Shown piece after piece: positions 38,507 to 48,801 of a stretch of 64,000 nucleotides of DNA. The notes under the pieces are model-generated. The model searched no databases and was not told the origin of the DNA. It saw only the letters and a program-made list of their open reading frames with translations. The translations under genes and the position numbers were made by a program. Numbering within the stretch: the first letter of the stretch is position 1; every line of letters begins with the position of its first letter. This stretch comes from an uncultured delta proteobacterium (GTDB taxonomy: Bacteria > Desulfobacterota > Binatia > Binatales > Binataceae), in NCBI GenBank assembly GCA_963808235.1, contig CAWEEQ010000004.1, positions 96,001-160,000 on the forward strand, in the 5' to 3' direction.

Positions 38507-39646
38507 TCATACCTGCTCGATCACCGTCGCGATACCCTGTCCAATCCCGATACACATCGTCGCCACGCCCAGCGCCACGCCGCGCCGGCGCATCTCATGC
38601 GTCAGCGTCACGACCAGCCGCGCGCCGGAACAACCCAGCGGATGGCCGAGAGCGATTGCGCCGCCGTTCACGTTCAGGATTTCTTCATTGATCTTGAGAT
38701 CGGTATTGCAGGCGAGCACCTGGGCGCCAAAGGCCTCGTTGATTTCGAACAGGTTGATATCGCCGATCTTGAGGCCCGCGCGGCCGAGCGCCTTGTGCGT
38801 CGATGGCACCGGCCCCCATCCCATTATTTCCGGCCGCACGCCCGCAACCGCCGTGGCCCGAATCTTCGCCATCGGCTTTATCCCCAGCGCTCGCGCACGG
38901 TCGGCGCTCATCAACAGAACCGCCGCCGCGCCGTCGCTCAACTGCGAGGAGTTCCCCGCCGTCACCTGCCCGTCGGGCTTGAAGGAGGGCTTCAGGCCGG
39001 CGAGCTTCTCCATGCTGGTTTCCGCGCGAGGCCCCTGGTCGACATCGACGGTCGTCCCGTCGGGCAGCTTGACCGGCACGATCTCTTCCTTGAAACGATC
39101 GCGCGCCGCGACCGCGCGCATGTTCGAGCGCATCGAGAATGCGTCCGATTGCTCGCGCGTGATTTTGTACATGTCGGCCAGCCGCTCGGCCGTCATCCCC
39201 ATGAAAAACATGTCGCGTGGAAACATCTCGAGCAATTTCGGATTGGGCAGAATCCCCGAGCCCATCGCCACGTGCGTCATGTGCTCGACGCCGCCGGCAA
39301 TCGCGACTTCGCCCGCTCCGGTCATTATTTCCTGCGCCGCAAAATTCACCGCCTGCAGACTCGAGCCGCATTGGCGATCGATCGTCGTGCCCGCGACTTC
39401 CACCGGCAGCCCCGAGAGCAGCCCGATCATCCTGCCGACGTTGAGGCCCTGCTCACCGGTCTGATTGGCGCATCCCCACACCACGTCTTCGATCTCTTTG
39501 GGATCGAGCTTCGGATTTTTTTCCAGCAGCCGCCGGATACAGAGCGCGCCGAGATCGTCGCCGCGGATATCCTTGTAATAGCCCTTGTCCTTGCCGGCCT
39601 TCCCGATCGGCACCCTTATTCCATCAACGATAACAACGTCGCGCAC
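38507..39646 (-). CDS. Thiolase (acetyl-CoA C-acyltransferase)
   Basis: RQCGSS, NEAF, GGAIALGHPLG, CIGIGQG; GAGGAG RBS before GTG 39646. Confidence 0.95.
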   Translation of the reverse strand: MRDVVIVDGIRVPIGKAGKDKGYYKDIRGDDLGALCIRRLLEKNPKLDPKEIEDVVWGCANQTGEQGLNVGRMIGLLSGLPVEVAGTTIDRQCGSSLQAVNFAAQEIMTGAGEVAIAGGVEHMTHVAMGSGILPNPKLLEMFPRDMFFMGMTAERLADMYKITREQSDAFSMRSNMRAVAARDRFKEEIVPVKLPDGTTVDVDQGPRAETSMEKLAGLKPSFKPDGQVTAGNSSQLSDGAAAVLLMSADRARALGIKPMAKIRATAVAGVRPEIMGWGPVPSTHKALGRAGLKIGDINLFEINEAFGAQVLACNTDLKINEEILNVNGGAIALGHPLGCSGARLVVTLTHEMRRRGVALGVATMCIGIGQGIATVIEQV

Positions 39647-39698
39647 TCTTTTTTCTCCTCTTGAACTCCGTGAGTCATACCCCAATCTACGCGCGATT

Positions 39699-39737
39699 GT
39701 TCCCCTTCCCTCAAGGGAAGGGGTTAGGGGTTAGGTC
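39699..39737 (-). repeat. REP-like hairpin repeat, copy D
   Basis: GTTCCCCTTCCCT-CA-AGGGAAGGGGTTAGGGGTTAGGTC. Confidence 0.7.
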
Positions 39738-39742
39738 GAACT

Positions 39743-40939
39743 CTATATGATACTCCGCCGCCGCAATTCCGACAGACGTAAAGAATCATATCCAAGAATC
39801 CGCGTCAGCACCTCGTCAGTCGCCTCGCCAAGCCCCGGCGCGCGAGTCGTGGGAATTCCGGCGTCGTCCGCGGCCTTGAGCGGAGAGCCGGGCACGATCA
39901 AGCCGGCGAAGCTCGGATGCTCCGCGTGCAGAATCATGTTGCGCTCCGCCAGATGAGGGTCGCGGGTGACCTCTTCCACATTCGCGATCGGTGCGCACGG
40001 GACCGAAGCCTCGGTAAGCTGGCGGAGCCAATGCGCTCGCGGCCGCGATGCGAAATGGCGCGCCAGAATTTCCTCCAGCTCGCGATGGTTCGCGGTCCGG
40101 TCTGCGTTGGTCTTGAAACGCGAATCGCTTTTCAGCGCCGGCATCGCAATCGCGTCGCAAAATCGCAACCATATCGCCTGGTTGCCCGCGCCCATCACAA
40201 AGTAATCGTCAGATGCGTGGAACTGCTGAAAGGGCGTGATCGACGGATGCCGCGTGCCGAGCCGCCCGGGAATTTTTCCGGACACCGAGTAGCGCGCGAG
40301 CGCGTCCTCCAGCATCGCGACCTGGCAATCGAGCATCGCGATATCCACGTGATTGCCAACTCCGTCGCGATCGCGAATCCGCAGTGCCGCGATAATCGCA
40401 ATCACTCCGTAGAGCGCCGCCGAGAGATCGCCCACCGACACCCCGCATCGCACCGGCTCTCCACCCGCGTTGCCGGTGATACTCATGGTGCCGCCGAGCG
40501 CCTGCGCCACGATGTCGTAAGCGGGCGCCGTCGTCATCGGCCCCGTCTGTCCGAATCCTGAAATCGAGCAAAGAATGATTTTTGGATTTACGGCCTTCAA
40601 TTGATCGTAACCAATCTTGAAACGATCCATCGTACCCGGCGAAAAATTCTCGACCACCACATCGGACTTCACCGCGAGCTCCAGAAAAATCGCGGCGCCA
40701 TCTTCGCCGCGCAGATCCAGCGTGATGCTGCGCTTGCCGCGATTGACGCTGTAAAAATATCCCGAGTCGCCTGACGGCATCATCGGCGCGAAGCTGCGCG
40801 AATCGTCGCCGCGCCCGGGCATCTCGATCTTGATCACCTCGGCCCCGAGATCGGCGAGATTCATCGTGCAGAACGGACCCGCGAGCACTCGGGTCAAATC
40901 GAGCACCCGCACGCCGTCGAGCGGCTTCTGATCGATCAT
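39743..40939 (-). CDS. CaiB/BaiF family III CoA transferase
   Basis: PLDGVRVLDLTRVLAGP, NRGKRS, ISGFGQTGP, APGLGE. Confidence 0.95.
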   Translation of the reverse strand: MIDQKPLDGVRVLDLTRVLAGPFCTMNLADLGAEVIKIEMPGRGDDSRSFAPMMPSGDSGYFYSVNRGKRSITLDLRGEDGAAIFLELAVKSDVVVENFSPGTMDRFKIGYDQLKAVNPKIILCSISGFGQTGPMTTAPAYDIVAQALGGTMSITGNAGGEPVRCGVSVGDLSAALYGVIAIIAALRIRDRDGVGNHVDIAMLDCQVAMLEDALARYSVSGKIPGRLGTRHPSITPFQQFHASDDYFVMGAGNQAIWLRFCDAIAMPALKSDSRFKTNADRTANHRELEEILARHFASRPRAHWLRQLTEASVPCAPIANVEEVTRDPHLAERNMILHAEHPSFAGLIVPGSPLKAADDAGIPTTRAPGLGEATDEVLTRILGYDSLRLSELRRRSII

Positions 40940-41069
40940 CGATGCCTCTTACAGAACATTAAAGTGATTCTTTAAGTTATCGGAAATCTCTCGCCCACGC
41001 ATCGTAACTAATCGGTTGTGGCGAGCAAACAATTCGTTTTCCTTTCTCTGGACTGACCGATCCTTGCGA

Positions 41070-41085
41070 TGTTTCACGTGAAACA
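41070..41085. promoter_or_regulatory. parS: parS centromere-like site
   Basis: TGTTTCACGTGAAACA, exact canonical 16-bp parS palindrome, in an AT-richer intergenic gap. Confidence 0.9.
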
Positions 41086-41175
41086 TCTTACCCGAAAACT
41101 CCAACAGCTATCGGCACTTTGGCTGAAGTTGACAGCGATTTGATCACAATTTGGTAGGCTGAAGAAATGCCGCCG

Positions 41176-42354
41176 CTAACGCCGGCGCGTCCGCGCTTCG
41201 CGAGCTTCTCGCGCGCGCATCGCCTCTGCCGGTGTCATGATCAGACGCGGCTCTTCGGCGGCTTTCTGCTGCTCGGCCGCTGCGAGCGTTCCGAGCTGGG
41301 TGCGGATCAGCGCCTGGAAGAAAAGAACCTTGGTCACGTCGATTCCGTCGCGAAGGCGCGCCGCCGCGCTCGCCGCCCATCCTGCCTGGACGCGGCGCTT
41401 GTCGCGCGCCATGTAGTACGCGAGATCCTCGAGCCGTCGGCGAATCCGCGTGCCGTTATCGCCCGCCAGGATTTCGGCGGTCGCGCGATCGATCACCGCG
41501 TTGACCCGCTCCTGCTTGTGAAGCGGATTCAAAACGATCACGCTTTCGCCGGCGCGTTCGATCTCTTCGACGTACGGTTTGATCAACGCGGCGTGCAGCC
41601 GCCATTCCAGCAGTTCAGGTTCCTTCAGCAGCTCGACAGACGGCTCAGAAGCGATCTCGTTTGCGAGCTCCGCGTATACCGGATGAACCAGCTCGGTCGG
41701 CGGCGGCGCCGCGATCATCTCGGCGCGCAGCATCAGGAAATTTCCGACCTGCGCGCGCCGCGCGTCGGGCGTGACGCGATAAGCCTCGCACACGATAAAG
41801 TCCGCGAGGCGCCAGTCGGCATCGACCAGCTTCATCTGTGCGCGGCGCTCCAACTCTTCGCGCTCCGACTTGAGCTCGCGCCGAGTCAGTCCCGTATTCT
41901 GCGCGCCGACCAGGCCCTCGGCGTCCGAGATCAGCGCCCACATTCGCAGGACGCCACCCTGCATCCGCGGCTTCACGATCCAGACGATACGCGCGCCTTC
42001 GGCGTCGATCGGCGAGAGCATCGCGGCAAGCTCCGAGCTTTGCGGCGGCGCGATCTTCGCCGGCGCAATCGGTCCGGCGACGGGCTCGATCCCATGCTGT
42101 TTGAGGCGGAACAGCGCGCGCCGGATTTCACGGCGCAGCGCCCCAGCCGCGCCGGCTTCCATTTCGGCGAGCATCGAGGCCGCCTGCTGGTCGATGACGC
42201 CGCCGAGTGCGCGCGCGATCGTCGTTTGCGAAACGTCCGGCCGCGCCGAAAGCTCGCGAAGTTTCGCAACCGCCTCGGGCGCTGCGATCGCGGAGTCGAA
42301 GCCGGCCTCGAGCAGCTTCGCGTCGTCAGGATCGATTTGCCGTGAGTGACTCAA
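41176..42354 (-). CDS. Hypothetical helical protein
   Basis: 392-aa ORF with core-like codon use; ALRREIRRALFRLKQHG, SPIDAEGAR, EPRLIMTP; no function recognised. Confidence 0.75.
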   Translation of the reverse strand: MSHSRQIDPDDAKLLEAGFDSAIAAPEAVAKLRELSARPDVSQTTIARALGGVIDQQAASMLAEMEAGAAGALRREIRRALFRLKQHGIEPVAGPIAPAKIAPPQSSELAAMLSPIDAEGARIVWIVKPRMQGGVLRMWALISDAEGLVGAQNTGLTRRELKSEREELERRAQMKLVDADWRLADFIVCEAYRVTPDARRAQVGNFLMLRAEMIAAPPPTELVHPVYAELANEIASEPSVELLKEPELLEWRLHAALIKPYVEEIERAGESVIVLNPLHKQERVNAVIDRATAEILAGDNGTRIRRRLEDLAYYMARDKRRVQAGWAASAAARLRDGIDVTKVLFFQALIRTQLGTLAAAEQQKAAEEPRLIMTPAEAMRAREAREARTRRR

Positions 42355-42389
42355 TTAGCTGATGCTACTTTACGGGGGTCGTATTTGAA

Positions 42390-42896
42390 ATGAAAAACCT
42401 CGAAGCCAAATTTCGTCTCGGCGGTCTCGCCCGTGCCGAGTCGCGCGCGATCGCGATAGGATACTCGCGGCGCGCGATACTCAATCAGCGCGACACTTTC
42501 TTCCACGTCGCCAATGGCAAACTAAAGCTGCGCGAGGAAGACGGCGGAGCCGCGCTGATCTTCTATCGGCGCAATGACAGCGGTCCGTTGATGCTGAGCG
42601 AGTATGAGATTGCGCCGGTCGCCAATTCCGCGACGACGCGTCATATCCTCGACAGTGCGCTCAGCACGCTCGCCGTGGTTGAGAAGGTCCGAATTCTGCT
42701 GATGCGCGACAACTTGCGCCTGCATCTCGATCGGGTCGCATCGCTCGGAGAATTCGGCGAAATCGAGGCGGTGATCCCGGGCGGCGACGATGCCGAGCGC
42801 AGCCGCGCCGCCGTTGATGAAACGCTCGCGGCGCTCGGAATCATTCCCGCCGACCTGATCGATACCTCCTACTTCGAGATGCTCGCTGGCCGCTAG
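42390..42896 (+). CDS. CYTH-domain protein (class IV adenylate cyclase-like)
   Basis: NLEAK (ExK), QRDTFF, LKLRE, VEKVR, HLDRV..LGEFGEIE, SYFEML. Confidence 0.88.
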   Translation: MKNLEAKFRLGGLARAESRAIAIGYSRRAILNQRDTFFHVANGKLKLREEDGGAALIFYRRNDSGPLMLSEYEIAPVANSATTRHILDSALSTLAVVEKVRILLMRDNLRLHLDRVASLGEFGEIEAVIPGGDDAERSRAAVDETLAALGIIPADLIDTSYFEMLAGR

Positions 42897-42909
42897 TCCG
42901 CCGCTACTG

Positions 42910-44487
42910 TCACGCCGGCGCTTCCACCAGGAGCTTCGGTTTTCGCTCGGGCGGCAGATTGTCGTACAGGTCGGCGCGCAGATCTGACTTGAGCTTCGCG
43001 TAGCCCGGATCGTCCCATAGGTTGCGCCATTGCATCGGGTCTTCGCGCAGATTGTACAGCTCACCCTCGGTTCCGTCGTAGCGGAGATCGGGAAGCTTCT
43101 GCCGCGGCGCGAGCATCGGCGGCAGATTCGCGAAATCGAAGCCGACGTCGCGCGTCGATTTTTCGTAAACGGTCAGCGTGTATCCGTCGCGATAGATACT
43201 GCGCAGATGCATCCCGATTGCGGCGAACTGGCTGTCCCACTCGGTGATCACGCGCTCGCGGCCGGAGCCCGGCGCCGTCGGCAGCGGCTTGCCCTGCATC
43301 CATTCGGGAACCGGCACGCCCGCGATCTGGCAAAACGTCGGCGCGAGATCGAGCTGGCCGACGGGCTCCGCAACTTCGGCAGGCGCGACATTCGCCGATG
43401 GCGCCGGGCGCCAGATCATCGGCAGGCGCATCAAAGCGTCGACGTGATACGGTCCCTTGTAGAGCAATCCGAAGTCGCCCTGCAGCTCGCCGTGATCGGT
43501 GGTGAAGATCACGTCGGTGCGCGATTCCCATCCGCGCGCCGCGACGCGGGCGAGCACGCGTCCGCATGCTTCGTCGATCAGTTCATTTTCGACGTGCGTC
43601 ATCGCATTCACTTCGCGAATTTGATTTTCAGTGAGCGTGCTTGGAATGAAGGTTCCCGGGCCGCCTTCGAAATTCCAGAATCGGCCCTCGTACCAGTCGA
43701 GCCAATGACGTGGTTTCTGCGCCAGTATCTTTTCGATCTTCTCGCGGGAACCGGGATAACCAGGAGGCAGATCGAGATCGCGCCAGCTGATCCGGCGCGC
43801 CTCTTTTTCGGGTGGATCCCACGGATGATGTGGATCGGGAAAGCTCATCCACACGAACCAGTTGTCGTTCGGGTCGAGCGAATTCAGAAACGCGATCGTG
43901 CGATCGGCAACCCAGTCAGTGTGGTAGTGCTCGCGTGGAATCGGATTGTACTTGACCTCGGGCGCGCCGGTGTCGCCGCCCGCGAGCGCGCTGAGTATAG
44001 GCGCGAAGCCAGTCATCTCGTCGGGATGATTTTTCTGCAGCCACTGCGAATAATGCCATCCGCCGATCGGCACGTGCATCGCGAGTTCCATCCGATCGAA
44101 GCCGCGGTACGGACCCGTAGAATCCTCGCGGCCCATGCGATTCTCAAACCATCGTCCCTGCAAGTCGAACGCGGGCTCGAAATGCGCCTTGCCGAGCAGC
44201 GCGGTGCGATAGCCGGCCTTCTCATGGAGATACGCGGCGACGCTCGGCGAGTCGGGCGGCAGCGCGACGCCGTTGGCGAACACGCCGTGGGTGCGCACGT
44301 ACTGTCCGGTGATCATCGTGGAGCGCGCCGGCATGCAGACGACATTTTGATTGTGCGCGCGGCGATAATTTATTCCGCTGCCGGCGAGCCGGTCCGCGAC
44401 CGGAGTCTTTGCGATCGCGCCACCGTTGCATCCGAGCGCGTCGTAGCGCTGTTGATCGGTGGTGATGAAAAGGATGTTGCGTCCCAT
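42910..44487 (-). CDS. Cys-type sulfatase
   Basis: NILFITTDQQR, CMPARSTMITG (CxPxR), GKAH, TTDHG, ELYNLREDP. Confidence 0.93.
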   Translation of the reverse strand: MGRNILFITTDQQRYDALGCNGGAIAKTPVADRLAGSGINYRRAHNQNVVCMPARSTMITGQYVRTHGVFANGVALPPDSPSVAAYLHEKAGYRTALLGKAHFEPAFDLQGRWFENRMGREDSTGPYRGFDRMELAMHVPIGGWHYSQWLQKNHPDEMTGFAPILSALAGGDTGAPEVKYNPIPREHYHTDWVADRTIAFLNSLDPNDNWFVWMSFPDPHHPWDPPEKEARRISWRDLDLPPGYPGSREKIEKILAQKPRHWLDWYEGRFWNFEGGPGTFIPSTLTENQIREVNAMTHVENELIDEACGRVLARVAARGWESRTDVIFTTDHGELQGDFGLLYKGPYHVDALMRLPMIWRPAPSANVAPAEVAEPVGQLDLAPTFCQIAGVPVPEWMQGKPLPTAPGSGRERVITEWDSQFAAIGMHLRSIYRDGYTLTVYEKSTRDVGFDFANLPPMLAPRQKLPDLRYDGTEGELYNLREDPMQWRNLWDDPGYAKLKSDLRADLYDNLPPERKPKLLVEAPA

Positions 44488-44511
44488 CGTGGTCTCCTTC
44501 GAACGCGGTGT

Positions 44512-45135
44512 TCAGCTCGCCTTGCCGTCGAGGATCTCGAGCAGGTTGATCGTGATCCTTAGCGTGAGTCCCCAGATTACCTGCCCGCCGTACAAAATCG
44601 CGGGGAATTTCGATCCGCGGGGACGGCCGTCAGGTTTGAATTCGTAGTCGCCGCGAAAACGCGGGTCGCGGAGCGCGCTCAGCGGCACGTCGAAGATTTC
44701 CGCCACTTCGGAAGGATCGGGCCGCAGCGGCGCGTCGGACGGAATCACCCCGACAAACGGCGCCACGATTATTCCGCTGGCGCTGGTATGCATCGTGGGC
44801 AGGCCGCCGAGCACGTCGACGGTCGCGGGATCGAGTCCGACTTCCTCGCGCGCCTCGCGCAAAGCGGAGTCGAGCAGCGTCGCGTCGATCTCTTCGACGC
44901 GACCCCCGGGGAAAGCGACCTGGCCGCGATGACTCGCGACGTGGTCGGAGCGGCGTATATAGATGACGTGGAGTTCGCCGTCGCGCGCGAAGAGCGGCAT
45001 CAGCACCGCGGCGGCATTCGATTTGTTCGCCAACTCCTCGCGCGGCGCGGGCGCGACTGTCTTAAGGGTCTTTCGGATCTGTTCGACCTGGCGGGCGAAC
45101 GCCGCCCGGTCGTTCATCGCTACAGTTGATGGCAT
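44512..45135 (-). CDS. Nudix CoA pyrophosphatase
   Basis: AAVLMPL, HRGQVAFPGG, ALREAREEVGL, IWGLT. Confidence 0.9.
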   Translation of the reverse strand: MPSTVAMNDRAAFARQVEQIRKTLKTVAPAPREELANKSNAAAVLMPLFARDGELHVIYIRRSDHVASHRGQVAFPGGRVEEIDATLLDSALREAREEVGLDPATVDVLGGLPTMHTSASGIIVAPFVGVIPSDAPLRPDPSEVAEIFDVPLSALRDPRFRGDYEFKPDGRPRGSKFPAILYGGQVIWGLTLRITINLLEILDGKAS

Positions 45136-45250
45136 CGCTACAGATAATCGCGCCGGGCCTGCCGCATGCAAGCGCATGGACTTAAGTTTCGGCCAACTCT
45201 GTGCCTAAGCTAACCTGAATTGAAAGACGGCGTGCGAGTGATTTCATAAG

Positions 45251-46459
45251 ATGCGATACCTGATCGGCAGATACCACGAGATCGCGCTCAAAGGGCGCAA
45301 CCAGTGGCGATTCGTCGATCAGCTGAAGCAGAATCTCCGCGCGATCTTTGCCGACTACAGACTCGGCAACATGCGCGGCGTCGGGCCGCGGCTGTTGGTG
45401 CAACTGCCGGAAGCACTCAGCGACAAAGTCGCGGCGGAGCGCGCGGCTCTCGTTTTCGGACTGCAGAACTTCTCGCTGAGTCATGCGACGGAGCGCGATG
45501 TCGCATCGATGTCGCGCGAGGCAATCAAGCGCGCGACCGGGAGCAGCGCAAAAACCTTTGCGGTCCGCACCCGCCGCGAAGACAAGCGCTTTGCGATGAA
45601 CTCGGTGGAAATCGATCGCGCAGTCGGCGGCGAAGTGCAGGAGGCGCTCGGCTTCAAAGTCGACCTCAGCGATCCGGAACTCACCATCTCGATCGAAATC
45701 ATGAACGACGCCGCGTACGTGTCCGCCGGCAAAATGCCGGGTGCGGGTGGTCTTCCGGTCGGCGTCTCTGGACGCGGGATGGCGCTGCTGTCGGGTGGAA
45801 TCGATTCGCCGGTCGCGGCGTATCGGATGATGAAACGCGGACTCGCGCTCGACTTCGTTCACTTCCATGCGCATCCGATTGTCTCCGCGGCGAGCCGCGA
45901 GAAGGCGGCTGAACTTGCGGCGCATCTCACGCGATGGCAGGCGCGATCGACGCTGATGCTGGTGCCGTTTGGAAATTTGCAGCGCGAGATCGTCGCCAAC
46001 ACGCTGCGGCCGTTGCGCGTGGTGCTGTATCGGCGCTTCATGCTGAGAATCGCGAGCGCACTTGCCGAGCGCTCACACGCCACGGTGCTGGTCACGGGCG
46101 AGAGCCTGGGCCAGGTCGCGTCGCAAACGCTCGAGAACATGGCGGTGATCGAGAAGGCGGCCGGGTTTCCGATCCTGCGCCCGCTGGTCGGGATGGACAA
46201 AAACGAAATTATCGATCAGGCGCGGAGGCTCGGCACCTTCGAGACTTCAATATTGCCAGACCAGGACTGCTGCACGCTGTTCGTACCGGCGCATCCCGAA
46301 ACGCGCGCGCGAATCGAGGAGGTCGAGGCGGCGGAAGCGCGCTTCGATATCGCGAGGATGATCGACGACGCGGTCCGCAACACCGAAGTGGAGCGTTTTT
46401 CGTTTCCGCCGCGCGCGGCCGAGCCGGTCAGCGCCAAATCGTCAGAATCGCAGTATTGA
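45251..46459 (+). CDS. thiI: tRNA 4-thiouridine synthase ThiI (no rhodanese domain)
   Basis: YHEIALKGRN, THUMP, GGLPVG, LLSGGIDSPVA, GESLGQVASQT, DCC. Confidence 0.96.
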   Translation: MRYLIGRYHEIALKGRNQWRFVDQLKQNLRAIFADYRLGNMRGVGPRLLVQLPEALSDKVAAERAALVFGLQNFSLSHATERDVASMSREAIKRATGSSAKTFAVRTRREDKRFAMNSVEIDRAVGGEVQEALGFKVDLSDPELTISIEIMNDAAYVSAGKMPGAGGLPVGVSGRGMALLSGGIDSPVAAYRMMKRGLALDFVHFHAHPIVSAASREKAAELAAHLTRWQARSTLMLVPFGNLQREIVANTLRPLRVVLYRRFMLRIASALAERSHATVLVTGESLGQVASQTLENMAVIEKAAGFPILRPLVGMDKNEIIDQARRLGTFETSILPDQDCCTLFVPAHPETRARIEEVEAAEARFDIARMIDDAVRNTEVERFSFPPRAAEPVSAKSSESQY

Positions 46460-47660
46460 TCGTGAGCGTGATGAGCGTGATTGGCACGCCGACGCGAAGA
46501 TAGTCGGCAAACGTCACATTGATTTTTCTAAGGCGCGCCTGCTCGATCACGATCAGGTTGGCGATCGATCCCAATACGGTTAGATTTCCTGCGTAGGTGC
46601 TCGCGCTTGCGATCAGCAGTGCGACTTCGCGATGCGATCCGAGCGCTGGATAGAGCGGACGAAACAGCAGCACGGCCGGCACGTTGCTCATCAGGTTGGA
46701 AAGGATCGCGACCACGACGGTCAAAGTCACCGGATGCGCCAACTGTCGCGCGCCGACGATGCTCAGCACTTCGGCCGGCATCCCGGTGGTCTCGAAACCA
46801 GCGACGACGATGAACAGTCCGGTGAACATCGCGAGCATCGTCCAATCGATCAGCCGATAGACGCGCTGCGGTTTGATTCGCCGCGTGAACAGCAGGATCA
46901 CGCCGGCGCCCATCGCGACCAGATCGGTGCGAAACCCGGCGACGAACATCGCCAACGCGCCGACCGTCACGATCGACGATTTGACGATCAGCGGGCGGAT
47001 CACGTGAATGGTGCGCTGAGTGGCGGCGACGTGAGACCGACGCGTTCCACCAAGCGACTTTCGGTAGAGCACCGCAATCACGGCGAAGTCCGCGGCGAGG
47101 CCTATGATGGCGGCGGGCGCGAGATGAAGTGCGAAGCTCGCGTAATCGAGATGCGCGAAGCCGACGACGATCATGTTCTGCGGATTGCCGGTAATCGTCG
47201 CGGCGCTGCCGATATTGCTCGCGGTCGCGAGCGCGAGCAGCAGCGGGACGGGATCGACGTTCGCGATTTCGGCTGCGTCGATCAGCAGAGGCGTCAGCGC
47301 GAGACATACCACATCATTGATGAAGAACGCGGCGAGGATGCCGGCCGCCGCGACGGTCATCGCGAGCATCCCGAATCCCGAGCGTGCCTGACCCAGCATC
47401 GCACGCGCGAAGGTCGCAAGCGCTCCAGACAGGCGAAGGTTCGCGACGACGATCATCATCCCGAGCAGCAGCGCCAGTGTGTGGAAATCTACGGCACGCT
47501 CGGCGGCACTTTCACTGAGCGACCCCGAGGCGACCATCGCGACCGCTCCCGCAAGTGCAGCGCCAGTGCGATCGATCCGCAGCCATGGGATCTTGCCAAG
47601 CGCGATCACGGCGTAGGTGACGGCGAAGATGAGGAGGGTCAGGGCGTGGCCGTGAAGCAT
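46428..47660 (-). CDS. ArsB/NhaD/SLC13-type anion permease
   Basis: IDRTGAAL, AFFIND, ASNIGSAATITGNPQN, SNVPA, GNLTVLGSIANLIV. Confidence 0.9.
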   Translation of the reverse strand: MLHGHALTLLIFAVTYAVIALGKIPWLRIDRTGAALAGAVAMVASGSLSESAAERAVDFHTLALLLGMMIVVANLRLSGALATFARAMLGQARSGFGMLAMTVAAAGILAAFFINDVVCLALTPLLIDAAEIANVDPVPLLLALATASNIGSAATITGNPQNMIVVGFAHLDYASFALHLAPAAIIGLAADFAVIAVLYRKSLGGTRRSHVAATQRTIHVIRPLIVKSSIVTVGALAMFVAGFRTDLVAMGAGVILLFTRRIKPQRVYRLIDWTMLAMFTGLFIVVAGFETTGMPAEVLSIVGARQLAHPVTLTVVVAILSNLMSNVPAVLLFRPLYPALGSHREVALLIASASTYAGNLTVLGSIANLIVIEQARLRKINVTFADYLRVGVPITLITLTINTAILTIWR

Positions 47661-47743
47661 CGTGGTTCAGCAAAATATACCGATCGCCACGCTCGTTCAC
47701 ATTGCGGCGGCATCGGCGATATAGTTCGCGTCGAGGGCGCTAC

Positions 47744-48781
47744 ATGCTTTTCCAGGAACTGAATCATATCAAGTGCAAAACTTATCTCGGTGTGTCGGAG
47801 AGCACCGGCAAGGCGGTTTTGATCGATCCGCTCCGCGAGAAGATCGAGCGCTACCTTGGCGTCCTCGCGTACCGGGGCTGGAAGCTCGATTTGATTATCG
47901 ACACTCACACCCATGTTGACCATCGCAGTGGAGCATTCGAGCTAGGCGAGCTGACCGGAGCGCCGGTCGCGATGCATCGGTTGTCGCCCGCCCCTCACGT
48001 CAAGATTCATGTCGAAGATGGCCAGGTACTCCGGGTCGGCGACCTCGAGATGCGGGTGATATTCACACCCGGCCACTCGCCCGATTCGATCAGCATACTG
48101 GCGGCCGATCGCGTGTTCACCGGCGACGTGCTGATGATCCACGGCACCGGCCGGTCGGACATCGCCGGCGGCGATCCTGGCCAATCCTTCGACTCGATTA
48201 CGCAGAAGCTCTTCACTCTCACCGACGATATCCTGGTGTTCCCAGCGCACGACTACCGCGGACACAGCAGATCCACAATCGGCGACGAGAAGCGCTCGAA
48301 TCCGCGCCTTGCAAACAAGAGCCGCGCTCAATACGTGGAGCTGATGAACAATCTTGGCCTTCCGCTGCCCGACGGAATCCAGGAGGCGCTACAACCCAAC
48401 GAATCCAACGTCGATCCATCGCTGCTCGCTTTCCCGAAACTCGCGCAACTGAACCAGGTCCGGCAAATTGACGCGCGCGAGTTGAGCGATCTCCTCATCG
48501 CAGCCGAGCCGCCCCTGCTCATCGACGTGCGCAGCGCCGAAGAGTACCGCGGCGAGCTCGGGCACATCACGGGTAGCCGACTCGTTCCGCTGGGCGAGTT
48601 TTCGGAGCGCGCGGGCGAACTCACCGGCTTGAAGGATCATCAAATCGTCACGGTCTGCAGAGTCGGAGTGCGTAGCGCAACTGCTGCCGCGATTCTGACC
48701 GGGCTTGGATGCGAACATGTGTCGAACCTGAAAGGCGGCATGCTGGCATGGAATGAAGCGCGGCAGCCGGTCGAACATTGA
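47744..48781 (+). CDS. Persulfide dioxygenase (ETHE1-like MBL)-rhodanese fusion
   Basis: THTHVDH, TPGH, FTGD, GTGRSD, PAHDY; C-terminal IDVR...VCRVGVRS...LKGGMLAW. Confidence 0.88.
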   Translation: MLFQELNHIKCKTYLGVSESTGKAVLIDPLREKIERYLGVLAYRGWKLDLIIDTHTHVDHRSGAFELGELTGAPVAMHRLSPAPHVKIHVEDGQVLRVGDLEMRVIFTPGHSPDSISILAADRVFTGDVLMIHGTGRSDIAGGDPGQSFDSITQKLFTLTDDILVFPAHDYRGHSRSTIGDEKRSNPRLANKSRAQYVELMNNLGLPLPDGIQEALQPNESNVDPSLLAFPKLAQLNQVRQIDARELSDLLIAAEPPLLIDVRSAEEYRGELGHITGSRLVPLGEFSERAGELTGLKDHQIVTVCRVGVRSATAAAILTGLGCEHVSNLKGGMLAWNEARQPVEH

Positions 48782-48801
48782 CCGGGCTCGGGAGAATCGC
48801 C

